From a virus: a stretch of 64,000 bases of DNA. Location of the stretch: positions 288,001-352,000 of IMG/VR virus record IMGVR_UViG_3300028840_006907, one strand, 5' to 3'. Each line of letters starts with the position of its first letter. The stretch's first letter is position 1. The position numbers and the translations under genes were made by a program. Below, piece after piece: positions 1 to 8,930 of the stretch. The notes beneath the pieces were generated by a model. The model was not told the origin of the DNA. It did not search any database and saw only the letters and a program-made list of their open reading frames with translations.

Positions 1-1
1 T

Positions 2-706
2 ATGAATTCGGTCGGAAAAAGAATTTGGATTGGGGCTGATGATCCTAAAAATTTGACCTTAAGAGTAGTAGACGAAAATTTAGACTATGCTTTTGAGATA
101 GGTATGTCTGATATGAAAGATACAGCACATTTATTAAATGCTCAAGAAATCGAAGTTTTCCGAAATAGCAAAGACCACTGGAGATTGGTGAAGGATGTCA
201 AGATCACTGAGCATCAGAAATATCTAATTAGTCATTCTTATTTCAATGGTATGGCGGATTATTTGAGTAGAATTTACAGTCAAGAGTCGTACTTTAGTGA
301 TTTACGGTTGAATGGTGAGATCAAGATATTAAAAGAAGGCGAATTACCTTTATACGATATTAATCCAGAAAAAGAAACCTATTGTTTTGGTGAGGATGGT
401 GAAGAGTTAATAAAGGTTGGATTTAAAAACAGAGTATATGTCCCTCTTTTTGAGATAGCCCAATGTCCTTTAAAAAAGTATAACTCTGTATGGGATGTAA
501 AGGTAGACGATTTTATTACCAATAATGATTTATTGGAATATGAGAACGATTTTTATGAAAGAATCGTAAAGGAGATAGGGACAAAAGTTAAGATAATTAT
601 CCCTATAAGAACTCCTATAACTGTTTTACCAGTGACTAACTGGGTTAAAGGTGAATTTGGTTTTTCATCTTTTATTATTCTTGGGATCGGAGTATTTAAA
701 CAGTGA
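2..706 (+). CDS. hypothetical protein (5' partial at window edge)
   Basis: Long ORF running from the window start. Protein-like composition. No recognisable motif. Confidence 0.5.
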   Translation: MNSVGKRIWIGADDPKNLTLRVVDENLDYAFEIGMSDMKDTAHLLNAQEIEVFRNSKDHWRLVKDVKITEHQKYLISHSYFNGMADYLSRIYSQESYFSDLRLNGEIKILKEGELPLYDINPEKETYCFGEDGEELIKVGFKNRVYVPLFEIAQCPLKKYNSVWDVKVDDFITNNDLLEYENDFYERIVKEIGTKVKIIIPIRTPITVLPVTNWVKGEFGFSSFIILGIGVFKQ

Positions 707-1434
707 TTGATATTTTTATGACCACATGGTTTCGAGAAGAGTTCACACGTAAGTCTATTGAATTGATTCATGAAAGGACTAAACCTGGCACTTTCCAACT
801 TCATATTTTTGATAATAACAGTGGCCCGAAGATGCGCGAGTATTTAATAGGGCTTTTAAAAAATAAGAAAATAGCATCATTACATCTTGATTCTCGGAAT
901 ACCGGATGTCTTTATAATAAAGGTATTTTTCATATGATGGTGGAGGATTTTTGTAAATATTATATATGTACAGATAATGATGTCTATCCGCCTAAACTCT
1001 CTCCTGATTGGCTATCCCAGATGATTAAAATTATGGATGCTCATCCTGAACTAGCCTTTCTTGTCCCTCAGATACCCCCTCAGTGGCTTCAGGAACCTGA
1101 TCTTGCTAATTTAAAGGATGATATCGTTTATTGTAAAGCTGTTGGAAACACTTTTAAATTAGTTCGTAGAAAAGCGTTTCCTATATCAGAATTCCGTCCT
1201 GTACTAGGAGCATATGGTGATGATGCTCAGGTATGTGAACAGGTAAAATTACGAAATTATAAAGTAGCGTTTTGTCGGAATATTTTTTGTTATCATGCAG
1301 GACAATGTGAAAATTGGGGTTATAAAAAAGAAGAGATAGATTTGGATCCTCGTAAAGATGGTTACGGTAAACCGTTTAGCTATAAATTAATGAATGAAGA
1401 AACCTATGAACCTTTTCCGGAGAACAAAATATGA
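703..1434 (+). CDS. putative glycosyltransferase (GT2-like)
   Basis: ATGA overlap with the upstream ORF. 'HIFDNNSG' and 'CTDNDVYPP' (DxD-like) resemble GT2 nucleotide-sugar binding motifs. Confidence 0.4.
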   Translation: MIDIFMTTWFREEFTRKSIELIHERTKPGTFQLHIFDNNSGPKMREYLIGLLKNKKIASLHLDSRNTGCLYNKGIFHMMVEDFCKYYICTDNDVYPPKLSPDWLSQMIKIMDAHPELAFLVPQIPPQWLQEPDLANLKDDIVYCKAVGNTFKLVRRKAFPISEFRPVLGAYGDDAQVCEQVKLRNYKVAFCRNIFCYHAGQCENWGYKKEEIDLDPRKDGYGKPFSYKLMNEETYEPFPENKI

Positions 1435-1778
1435 AAAAGGCCACAGTAATAAGTCTGAGTGTAATAGTAGCTATTCTGGCAATAATTATTATAGTTACAA
1501 TAACTCATAACAGTGGAATAAATCTTACCAATCTTCATGTATCTGAAGATAAAAAAATTGAAGTAAATGAATGGGAACCTATAAAAACAGCCGGTGAAGA
1601 TGAACTAGTAAAAGTAGTTTGGGATCAGAAATATGGAGCTACGAAGACTGAGAATTGTAAAGTTGTATTTGAGAATAAGAAAAAGAAATTGTATAAATTA
1701 ATTGCCCCTGGTCTGGAAGTAGTAATAGAGCGTTCAAATATAAATGATATCTCATTTGAGATTATTAAAAAACAATAG
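1431..1778 (+). CDS. hypothetical membrane-anchored protein
   Basis: ATGA overlap with the previous gene. N-terminal hydrophobic stretch 'VISLSVIVAILAIIIIVTI'. Confidence 0.45.
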   Translation: MKKATVISLSVIVAILAIIIIVTITHNSGINLTNLHVSEDKKIEVNEWEPIKTAGEDELVKVVWDQKYGATKTENCKVVFENKKKKLYKLIAPGLEVVIERSNINDISFEIIKKQ

Positions 1779-1844
1779 TGGTTCGAATAGATAGACCTAT
1801 ATATGGCACTATTCATTTAACTTTGATGTGTAAAGGAGATTGAA

Positions 1845-2657
1845 ATGAGTGAGTATATTCCTCAAATTTGTATTAGTGCTAGTGATCCTGTTAATTCGGT
1901 AAAAAGTCTACAGGGAAGTATTATAGGTATTCTATTTGAAAAAAAGGGTAAAGAAATTAAAAGTTCTATTTATGATAGACTCAAATCAATAGATAATAAA
2001 ATCAAAGAATATGAATCAGTATGTGGTAAGACTGAATCATTTGTGGAAGAGAAAGAGAAAGAACTAAAATCTTTAAAGGAATTTCATCAAACAAAAGAAG
2101 ACGAAAAAAAGGCTCTATTATTGCCTATTAAAAAGGAAATTGAAGAAAAAATAAAAAGAGCCAATGATATTACTTATGAATTTGATCTTAGTGTGTTTAA
2201 TGCAACAAAAGAGAAAGCGATTGAATTTGAAAAAGGTTTTGATGATATTAAAAATAAATTTGATGAGATAGATAATTTACTTATAAAAGATAGAGCTGTT
2301 ATTAAAGGTGCCAGAGGTATTCAGGGTTCAACAGGTCTTATGGGAGAAACGGGGATTCAGGGAGAACCTGTTCACGGTATAGGTTATGGAAGTGATGGTA
2401 ATATAGGAATAGGTACTGATAACCCTGATTCTATTCTTCATATGGGGACTGATCCAGGAGATAAAGCATATAGTAGATTAAATACACTTAATAATCTTTT
2501 AAAAAAATATATCAATAAACTGGAATCATTAAAAGAAGGTATTAATAGATTGAAAGAAGAAAAGAGACGTCTTCAATTAACCTATGATAATATTGATGAA
2601 TCCAGGGATTACAAATTAGATCTTAATATGTTGTCTGCTTTCGGTTTCGAAAAATAA
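1845..2657 (+). CDS. coiled-coil protein with short collagen-like Gly-X-Y segment
   Basis: RBS 'aaggag' upstream. Internal 'GARGIQGSTGLMGETGIQGEP' Gly-X-Y run. K/E-rich heptad-like flanks. Confidence 0.5.
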   Translation: MSEYIPQICISASDPVNSVKSLQGSIIGILFEKKGKEIKSSIYDRLKSIDNKIKEYESVCGKTESFVEEKEKELKSLKEFHQTKEDEKKALLLPIKKEIEEKIKRANDITYEFDLSVFNATKEKAIEFEKGFDDIKNKFDEIDNLLIKDRAVIKGARGIQGSTGLMGETGIQGEPVHGIGYGSDGNIGIGTDNPDSILHMGTDPGDKAYSRLNTLNNLLKKYINKLESLKEGINRLKEEKRRLQLTYDNIDESRDYKLDLNMLSAFGFEK

Positions 2658-2670
2658 CTGGAGGAATGTT

Positions 2671-3144
2671 ATGAAAATTGTAAAAGCAATGAAAAAAATT
2701 GCCCGGTTGAAAGGGGAAGTACGCGAATTAAAGAAACGCATGAGCCGTTGTTTAAATACCCTAGAAGATAATGAAGATTTTGTTGAATCCTATAAGGATT
2801 TAGAGAAAGAATTACTTCATAAAATTACGATGATTATAAATTTGAAAAGTATTATTATGAAAGCAAATATTGATAATAATATGTTTTCTGTTATTGTGAA
2901 TTTGGGTGAACTTAAGAGTTATATGGAATATTTAAAAGAACTTGAACCTAAATCGGGTTTTAATAGTTTAAATGATTATTCAGATAAAAATGCTGAATTT
3001 AAATCACAATTGACTATAAAAGAAAAGAATGATAAAATTTCTGAATGTCAAAAAGCTATTAATGATTTGACAGATCTATTGGACGATTTTAATGCTACAA
3101 CTAATGTAGAATTTACAGAAATAGATTTAAAATTATTTGAATAA
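2671..3144 (+). CDS. hypothetical coiled-coil protein
   Basis: RBS 'ggagg' 8 nt upstream of the ATG. K/E-rich. Confidence 0.45.
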   Translation: MKIVKAMKKIARLKGEVRELKKRMSRCLNTLEDNEDFVESYKDLEKELLHKITMIINLKSIIMKANIDNNMFSVIVNLGELKSYMEYLKELEPKSGFNSLNDYSDKNAEFKSQLTIKEKNDKISECQKAINDLTDLLDDFNATTNVEFTEIDLKLFE

Positions 3145-3325
3145 ATAAAAAGTGTAGTTGTCCGATGAATAGGTTATAATTTAGTTCAGTTCCGATTGAG
3201 CTTTTTTATAATTTATAAAAAATACATGGTATAAAGATATTGATATTTTCTTAATAATCGTCTTAGGTTTTACAAGTTTTTAGTTTTCAGTTGAGTCGAA
3301 TATCATTGTTCTTTTTTAGTTTTAG

Positions 3326-3652
3326 TTGACAACTACACTTCCTTTATTAGATAGGAATAATATGGGTAAACTTCATAAAGAACTTTTTAAAGGATTAAAA
3401 TGGGTCCTTATTGCTATACTTATTATAGCGTTTATGGTGGGAGCCTGGGTAGGGTTGGCATGGTCAATAGGTTGGTTTGTAAATAGATTTTTTGATTTAC
3501 AAAATTTCAGCCCTGAGAGTTACATTTCATTCGGATCTATTATGCTGGTCTTTAATCTAATATTACAAATAATAACTGTAATTATCACCGTATGGGCTCT
3601 TCTTGCCTGGGGAAAATCCCGAGGAATGAATAATTTAAAGGGGGTCAAGTGA
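3326..3652 (+). CDS. small membrane protein
   Basis: Two hydrophobic helices ('VLIAILIIAFMVGAWVGLAW', 'IMLVFNLILQIITVIITVWALLAW'). The real start may be the internal Met at about 3362. Confidence 0.4.
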   Translation: MTTTLPLLDRNNMGKLHKELFKGLKWVLIAILIIAFMVGAWVGLAWSIGWFVNRFFDLQNFSPESYISFGSIMLVFNLILQIITVIITVWALLAWGKSRGMNNLKGVK

Positions 3653-4134
3653 ATCGTACAATAGAGATTGATGCTGAATTTTTTGAGCACCTTTTAAATT
3701 GTATGGCAAATCAGAAGTATATCGGATCCCAATTACCTGAAAAAGCTGCCGAGAAACAAAAGATTATTGATGAGGCATGGCGAAAAGGTATGGATATATT
3801 AAATCCTATCGTTAAAACGAAAGATAAAGCAGAGGATGCTTTAAAAAAATTCAATAAGAAACTTCATAAAGATCTCCCCCTTATTACAAAAAAGATAAAA
3901 GATGTAATGGATGACAATAAATATCCAAAGGATTATGTCACTGAATATGCTATGAAGTGGACTTCTGTAAGACAAGATTGTGAGATGTATTGTCTTATAG
4001 CAGAATCGGTAGATAAAGAAGAATTCGAAAAGTTATGTGAAGACAGAAGTTATACCCGGAATATGAGAGATTATATCATAGAGGTTTTAAAACATGTAGG
4101 GTTAGGAGATAATCTTGAACTGGGACATGAATAG
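3649..4134 (+). CDS. hypothetical protein
   Basis: ORF with GTGA/ATGA-type overlap with the upstream gene. No motif. Confidence 0.45.
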   Translation: MNRTIEIDAEFFEHLLNCMANQKYIGSQLPEKAAEKQKIIDEAWRKGMDILNPIVKTKDKAEDALKKFNKKLHKDLPLITKKIKDVMDDNKYPKDYVTEYAMKWTSVRQDCEMYCLIAESVDKEEFEKLCEDRSYTRNMRDYIIEVLKHVGLGDNLELGHE

Positions 4135-4315
4135 GTTTGAAAGATGGTTTTTAAAACGGCTTTGTAGAAAGATAGTGACACAGGGTGATCATAAGAGGCG
4201 TATTATTGAACATTATAAAATATTAATGGAAGCTGCAAAAGAAGAATTTACAGAAGAAAATAAGTATGGTCTTGATAGTTTCATGCAAGAATGTTTTGAA
4301 AAAGCACTTAAATAG
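4115..4315 (+). CDS. small hypothetical protein
   Basis: 66-aa ORF overlapping the previous stop. Low confidence. Confidence 0.3.
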   Translation: MNWDMNRFERWFLKRLCRKIVTQGDHKRRIIEHYKILMEAAKEEFTEENKYGLDSFMQECFEKALK

Positions 4316-4335
4316 TAAAGGAAGATAATTGAAAT

Positions 4336-7320
4336 ATGGCAGAGCAATTAAAAGTTGGATGGGTCGGATATGGGGGTAATAGTTGGATGGCTGAGGATCT
4401 TCGGCCAGTTATAGAAAAGCTAGGAATGACTTTATTCACGATTCATGAACATGATAACGCAGATATTAAATGGGAAAAGGATAACTGGTTCAATCATTTA
4501 AAAAAAGCTGATATAGTTATAGCTCCAGCTAATTATAAAAAACAACCTGCAAAGAGTGCAAATCGATTAATACAATCAATGTCAATGGGTAAACCTGTCA
4601 TATGTTCTCCTTTACCTGCATATTTAGATGTGGCTAAAAAACATCCTGGTTCATTTCTTCTAGCTGATGTCCCGGAAGAATGGGAGGAATGTTTAAAATT
4701 GCTTAGAGATAATCCTTCTTTTCGTAAACAGATGAGTGAGAAGGCTCTAGAAGCTGTTGAAGATTTTTCGATAAATGTCATAGGAAATAAGTGGCTAGAA
4801 TTATTAGAGAAAGATGTACCAATAAAAAAAGATACTGAATCGAATAAAGTTCTTATTACAGATATAATCATACCTACATATAAAAATCTTCGTGGCTTGA
4901 AGTTATGTATTGAGAGTATTCTGGAGTGTACGTTAGTGCCGTACAATATTATAATTGTAAATAATGGAACTGATGAGGAATTGCATAACTATTGTTCTCA
5001 ATTGGTAAATGTAACTTACATAAAAAAAGACAGACTTAATTTTGCCCAAGCCATGAATGTCGGGATTAAAGCAGGTGATTCTGATTTAGTCGTTCTATTA
5101 AATGATGATGTTATTGTCAGTAAAGGATGGCTTATGAATTTGAAATATGCCTGTACTGAAGATGTGGGTGCAGTAGGACCTTTAAGTAATTGTGATAAAT
5201 CCTGGCTCCATAATCATGATATCAATATTGGTGGAGTAGAATTACTGCCTGGTTCAAATACTTTTGAACAAATTGAGCCTATTATTTCTCAGATATATAA
5301 TTATGAATCTCCTTTTTTAGAAGAACCTGAACGAAAATGGGTTGCATTTTATGCTACTTTAATTCCTCGGTCAGTAATAGAAGAAGTAGGTTTTTTAGAT
5401 GAGTCCTTTACAAATTCGGGAGAGGATGTTGATTATTGTAACAGGATTATGAAGTTAGGGTATAAAATAAAACAGACCTATAAAAGTTTTGTATTTCATT
5501 TCGGAGCTGTAAGTAGGAAATTACTGGAGCAGGAAGATAAGGGCACTTATCAGAAAGCTGATGAGGAGACTCAAGAATATTTAAAGATCAAGTATTCAAA
5601 ACCAACAGTAATAATCTATTCCGGTGCCAGTTGGGAGAGATGGAGTTATAAGTCTCTTGAACAGGGGGGTATTGGTGGTAGTGAAGTTTGGCAGATAAAT
5701 GTTTGTCGTGAGTTAAATAAATTGGGTTATAGAGTAATCAGTTTTAATGATTCCCCGGAAAAGGAAATGTGGGAAGATGGGATTCAATATCTTCATTATG
5801 GAGAATTTTCGAAATGGTGTGATGGTAACTATGCCGATTACGCAATTATAAGTAGAACAACCGATCCTTTACATCATCCTTTAAGAGCTGGAAAAATATT
5901 TATAATGGTTCACGATGTCTGGTTACTTTCTGCTAGAGATCAATTATTCCTTGATAAAGTAGATAAATTTTGTGTACTTAGTAAATGGCATTGGGATTTT
6001 TTTAAAGGTCACCATGGAATCCAAGATGAATCAAAATTGGCGTTGACTTCTAATGGGATAGATTTTAATCGTTATGATAACAAAAATATTGAAAGACATC
6101 CTTATAAAATGTTTTACAGTTCTTCCCCGGATCGAGGTCTTGATACACTCCTTTACCTATTTCCCTTTATTAAGGAAAAAATTCCAGAACTTGAACTCCA
6201 TATTTATTATGGATTTAACAATTGGGAAAAGGCAGTGAAGATGAGAAAAAACCAGATTGAGATAGATAGAATGAATAAAATAAAAAAGGATATGGAACAA
6301 CCTGGGGTATTTTATCATGGCCGAGTTGGTCAGAAGGAGCTAGCTGAAGCGCAATTAGAATGTTCTCTTTGGGCCTATCCGACGGATTTTGAAGAAGTTT
6401 TTTGCATCACTGCTATTGAGGCTCAAAGAGCCAGAATCCCTGTATTAGCAACGAATTACGCTGCTTTACAGACAACAGTAGGTGACTCAGGAATTCTAAT
6501 AGGAAATGGCATGAAAGGAGAATCTTATACACGAGATTATCGATTAAAATTTGTAGATGAGTGTATAAAAGTTTTAACAGATAAAGAATATAGAGAACAC
6601 TGGATTGAGAAAGGTTTAAAAAATACGGAGAAATATTCTTGGGAACAAGTGGCTAAAAATTGGAAGAAATTGTTTGAAAAAAGTGATCAAAAAGTAGAAG
6701 CAAAAATTATAGATGAAAAAGAATACAAGAAAGATCGAGTGCTAGTTCATGAAATGAAAATAAGTTCTAATTATATGCCAGATCCTCACAGCCATTTAAA
6801 TAATGAGAGAGATCGTTTTCATTATTATAAAACACTTAATGCTTTCGTTTCATCAAATTCATGTAGTGCATTGGATGTGGGTTGTTTTGATGGGTGGATT
6901 GATTTTCTTCTTATAGAACAAGGATTTAAATTAACTGGAGTTGAGTTGATGGAACCTCTTGTTCAAGCTGCTCGAAAATATGCAGAAGTTAAACAACTTG
7001 ATTATACAATTTATCAGGGTTTTTTTGAAGAGATTGAGATAGACCAGAAATTTGATTTAGTGATATGTTTGGAGACTTTGGAACATATTGATTTAAAACT
7101 TGTCCCTGAGTATATACAAAAAATGAAAAGTCTTGCTACAAAGGGTCTTTTCATATCACTCCCGGATCAGAAACATGAAGATAATACCCAGCATTTATGG
7201 ACACCTACTGAAAATTTAATAAGAAAAATGTGGGGTAATAAAAAGAATTTTTCATTGGAATACCATACTTATCAGGATTCAAATTTACCCGCTAATTGGT
7301 TAATTTATTTCGAAGTGTAG
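4336..7320 (+). CDS. multidomain glycosyltransferase/methyltransferase fusion (GT-B half, GT2, GT4, class I SAM MTase)
   Basis: 994 aa. GT2 block 'IIIPTYKN...IIIVNNGTDEE...LNDDVIVSKGW'. GT4 EX7E-type block 'EVFCITAIEAQRARIPVLATNYAALQTTVGDSGILI'. C-terminal MTase motif I 'ALDVGCFDGW' and post-I 'DLVICLETLEHI'. RBS 'aaggaag'. Confidence 0.85.
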   Translation: MAEQLKVGWVGYGGNSWMAEDLRPVIEKLGMTLFTIHEHDNADIKWEKDNWFNHLKKADIVIAPANYKKQPAKSANRLIQSMSMGKPVICSPLPAYLDVAKKHPGSFLLADVPEEWEECLKLLRDNPSFRKQMSEKALEAVEDFSINVIGNKWLELLEKDVPIKKDTESNKVLITDIIIPTYKNLRGLKLCIESILECTLVPYNIIIVNNGTDEELHNYCSQLVNVTYIKKDRLNFAQAMNVGIKAGDSDLVVLLNDDVIVSKGWLMNLKYACTEDVGAVGPLSNCDKSWLHNHDINIGGVELLPGSNTFEQIEPIISQIYNYESPFLEEPERKWVAFYATLIPRSVIEEVGFLDESFTNSGEDVDYCNRIMKLGYKIKQTYKSFVFHFGAVSRKLLEQEDKGTYQKADEETQEYLKIKYSKPTVIIYSGASWERWSYKSLEQGGIGGSEVWQINVCRELNKLGYRVISFNDSPEKEMWEDGIQYLHYGEFSKWCDGNYADYAIISRTTDPLHHPLRAGKIFIMVHDVWLLSARDQLFLDKVDKFCVLSKWHWDFFKGHHGIQDESKLALTSNGIDFNRYDNKNIERHPYKMFYSSSPDRGLDTLLYLFPFIKEKIPELELHIYYGFNNWEKAVKMRKNQIEIDRMNKIKKDMEQPGVFYHGRVGQKELAEAQLECSLWAYPTDFEEVFCITAIEAQRARIPVLATNYAALQTTVGDSGILIGNGMKGESYTRDYRLKFVDECIKVLTDKEYREHWIEKGLKNTEKYSWEQVAKNWKKLFEKSDQKVEAKIIDEKEYKKDRVLVHEMKISSNYMPDPHSHLNNERDRFHYYKTLNAFVSSNSCSALDVGCFDGWIDFLLIEQGFKLTGVELMEPLVQAARKYAEVKQLDYTIYQGFFEEIEIDQKFDLVICLETLEHIDLKLVPEYIQKMKSLATKGLFISLPDQKHEDNTQHLWTPTENLIRKMWGNKKNFSLEYHTYQDSNLPANWLIYFEV

Positions 7321-7610
7321 TTATGAATAGGTATGACATTATTTTGGGTAACAATAGTCGGTTAGCGATGATGGAAAAATGGTCCCCTAAAGATTATAGA
7401 CAGGAATATTTAGGGGAATTCGTAAAACCAACATGTTCAGTTTCTGATGGTCATAATAATTATTGCCCATCAAAACCAGAACATTTTTTTGAGTATCATG
7501 GTAAAGAAGTGGGTTTATGTAAAGACTGCTATTTACATTATTTAAATGGACATTTTGATAAAAGATTTCAGAAAAAGAATTATGGTTATACCATCTATCA
7601 AATCGATTAA
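7296..7610 (+). CDS. small Cys-rich hypothetical protein
   Basis: ORF overlapping the end of the fusion gene. 'CSVSDGHNNYCPSKPEH...CKDCYLH' may be a zinc-binding arrangement. Confidence 0.35.
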   Translation: MVNLFRSVVMNRYDIILGNNSRLAMMEKWSPKDYRQEYLGEFVKPTCSVSDGHNNYCPSKPEHFFEYHGKEVGLCKDCYLHYLNGHFDKRFQKKNYGYTIYQID

Positions 7611-7611
7611 A

Positions 7612-8247
7612 ATGAAAAAAGGGCTATTTTTTACTTTTGAAGGTATTGATGGTTGTGGCAAAAGTACTCAATTAAGATTATCTACAGAATATCTTAAAAC
7701 TAAAAATATCCCTCATATAGTGACCCGAGAACCGGGAGGTACACCACTAGCAGAGAAAGTCAGAGAAATAATATTATCCCCACAGAATGATATTAAAGAT
7801 CGAGCTGAAGTTTTATTATACCTTGCTTCTAGAGCACAACATGTGGAAGAAAAGATAATCCCGGCAATGGAGCAAGGTAAAATTGTGCTTTGTGATCGTT
7901 TTCAGGAAGCTACATTTGCTTATCAAGGATTTGGTCGTGGTTTTTTAAGAGAGACTTTAGAAGTTTTAAATAATTTCTCTACTGATGGGTTGCAGCCAAC
8001 AAGGACCTTTATTTTTGATGTGAGTCTTAAATGTGCTAGTGAGAGATTAAAGAAGACCGGTAAAGCTCCGGATCGGCTTGAGCAAAATTCTCTTGAATTT
8101 TTTAGTAAAGTACGACAGGGTTTTTTTTCTCTAGCTGAAATTCATTCTGATCGAATACATCTTATTAATAGTGAGAAACCTATAGATGAAATTTTTGAAA
8201 TTGTTAAAAAAGATATAAACAAATATATAGATTATGGAAGCATATAA
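7612..8247 (+). CDS. tmk: thymidylate kinase
   Basis: P-loop 'FFTFEGIDGCGKSTQ' right after Met at 7612. 'DRF' and LID-region-like residues. The ORF track extends to 7546, but the P-loop position argues for the 7612 start. Confidence 0.85.
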   Translation: MKKGLFFTFEGIDGCGKSTQLRLSTEYLKTKNIPHIVTREPGGTPLAEKVREIILSPQNDIKDRAEVLLYLASRAQHVEEKIIPAMEQGKIVLCDRFQEATFAYQGFGRGFLRETLEVLNNFSTDGLQPTRTFIFDVSLKCASERLKKTGKAPDRLEQNSLEFFSKVRQGFFSLAEIHSDRIHLINSEKPIDEIFEIVKKDINKYIDYGSI

Positions 8248-8401
8248 ACTTTGTCCTCGATGTGGGGAATTGGTACCATTCAATACATATTTTGGTGGGT
8301 ATTTTTGTAAGTGTGGTTGGAAAGATGATACTTTTGATAAAGAGCGTATTGCTGCTATGAGAAAATGGAAACTACCAAAATCTTCAGATGGAATTATTTA
8401 A
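8234..8401 (+). CDS. small zinc-ribbon protein (not in the ORF track, 55 aa)
   Basis: Translated by eye: MEAYKLCPRCGELVPFNTYFGGYFCKCGWKDD..., with a CxxC...CxC pattern. Its start overlaps the tmk stop. Confidence 0.3.
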   Translation: MEAYKLCPRCGELVPFNTYFGGYFCKCGWKDDTFDKERIAAMRKWKLPKSSDGII

Positions 8402-8693
8402 GTTCATACCATTCTGGCATTGCTTCTTTTTTTGAAAGTTTTCGTTGTACCTTTATAGATGTTTTAGGTTCATTTTTAACATATACTTTGTTATATCCCA
8501 GGGATTCCTGGGGATTTAATTCCATATCATTTGTTATTTCAAAAGAGATACCAGAAAAATCACTCTCTATTCTAACTCTTCTTTTATTATTCTCCTTCGA
8601 TTTTTTAACTGCTCTAAGAAGTTCTCTTAATGTTTTTTCGGTAAGATGTATCGTACTTTTATCGATATTTATATGAGGCATATTCCCACCCAA
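8394..8693 (-). CDS. hypothetical K/E-rich protein
   Basis: The minus-strand ORF has protein-like composition. The overlapping + ORF 8365..8676 is F/L/S-rich like an antisense shadow. Divergent from the 8.7-8.9 kb intergenic region. Confidence 0.35.
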   Translation of the reverse strand: MGGNMPHINIDKSTIHLTEKTLRELLRAVKKSKENNKRRVRIESDFSGISFEITNDMELNPQESLGYNKVYVKNEPKTSIKVQRKLSKKEAMPEWYELK

Positions 8694-8930
8694 TAAATTT
8701 TATAGCCGATCAAAAATTAAAGATAATATAATGCATTTCTAAATTTCAAATTTCCTTTAATTCAAAGGGTATTTCAGTGTCTCTTTGTGGCTCTTCAGTT
8801 TAATAATCATTTAATATTAGCTTCTAATTAGGTAGAGTTATACAAGAAATATTTATGAATAAATTCGATTATCTATTAATAGTTAACCGTTTTAAAAGCA
8901 TAGAAAATCTTAGGAATAAAAAGAGGCTGT

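Noticed and set aside
8365-8676. Plus-strand ORF 8365..8676 (103 aa).
   Set aside because: Its F/L/S-rich low-complexity composition is typical of the antisense of a K/E-rich gene. The overlapping minus-strand ORF 8394..8693 is the more plausible coding strand.
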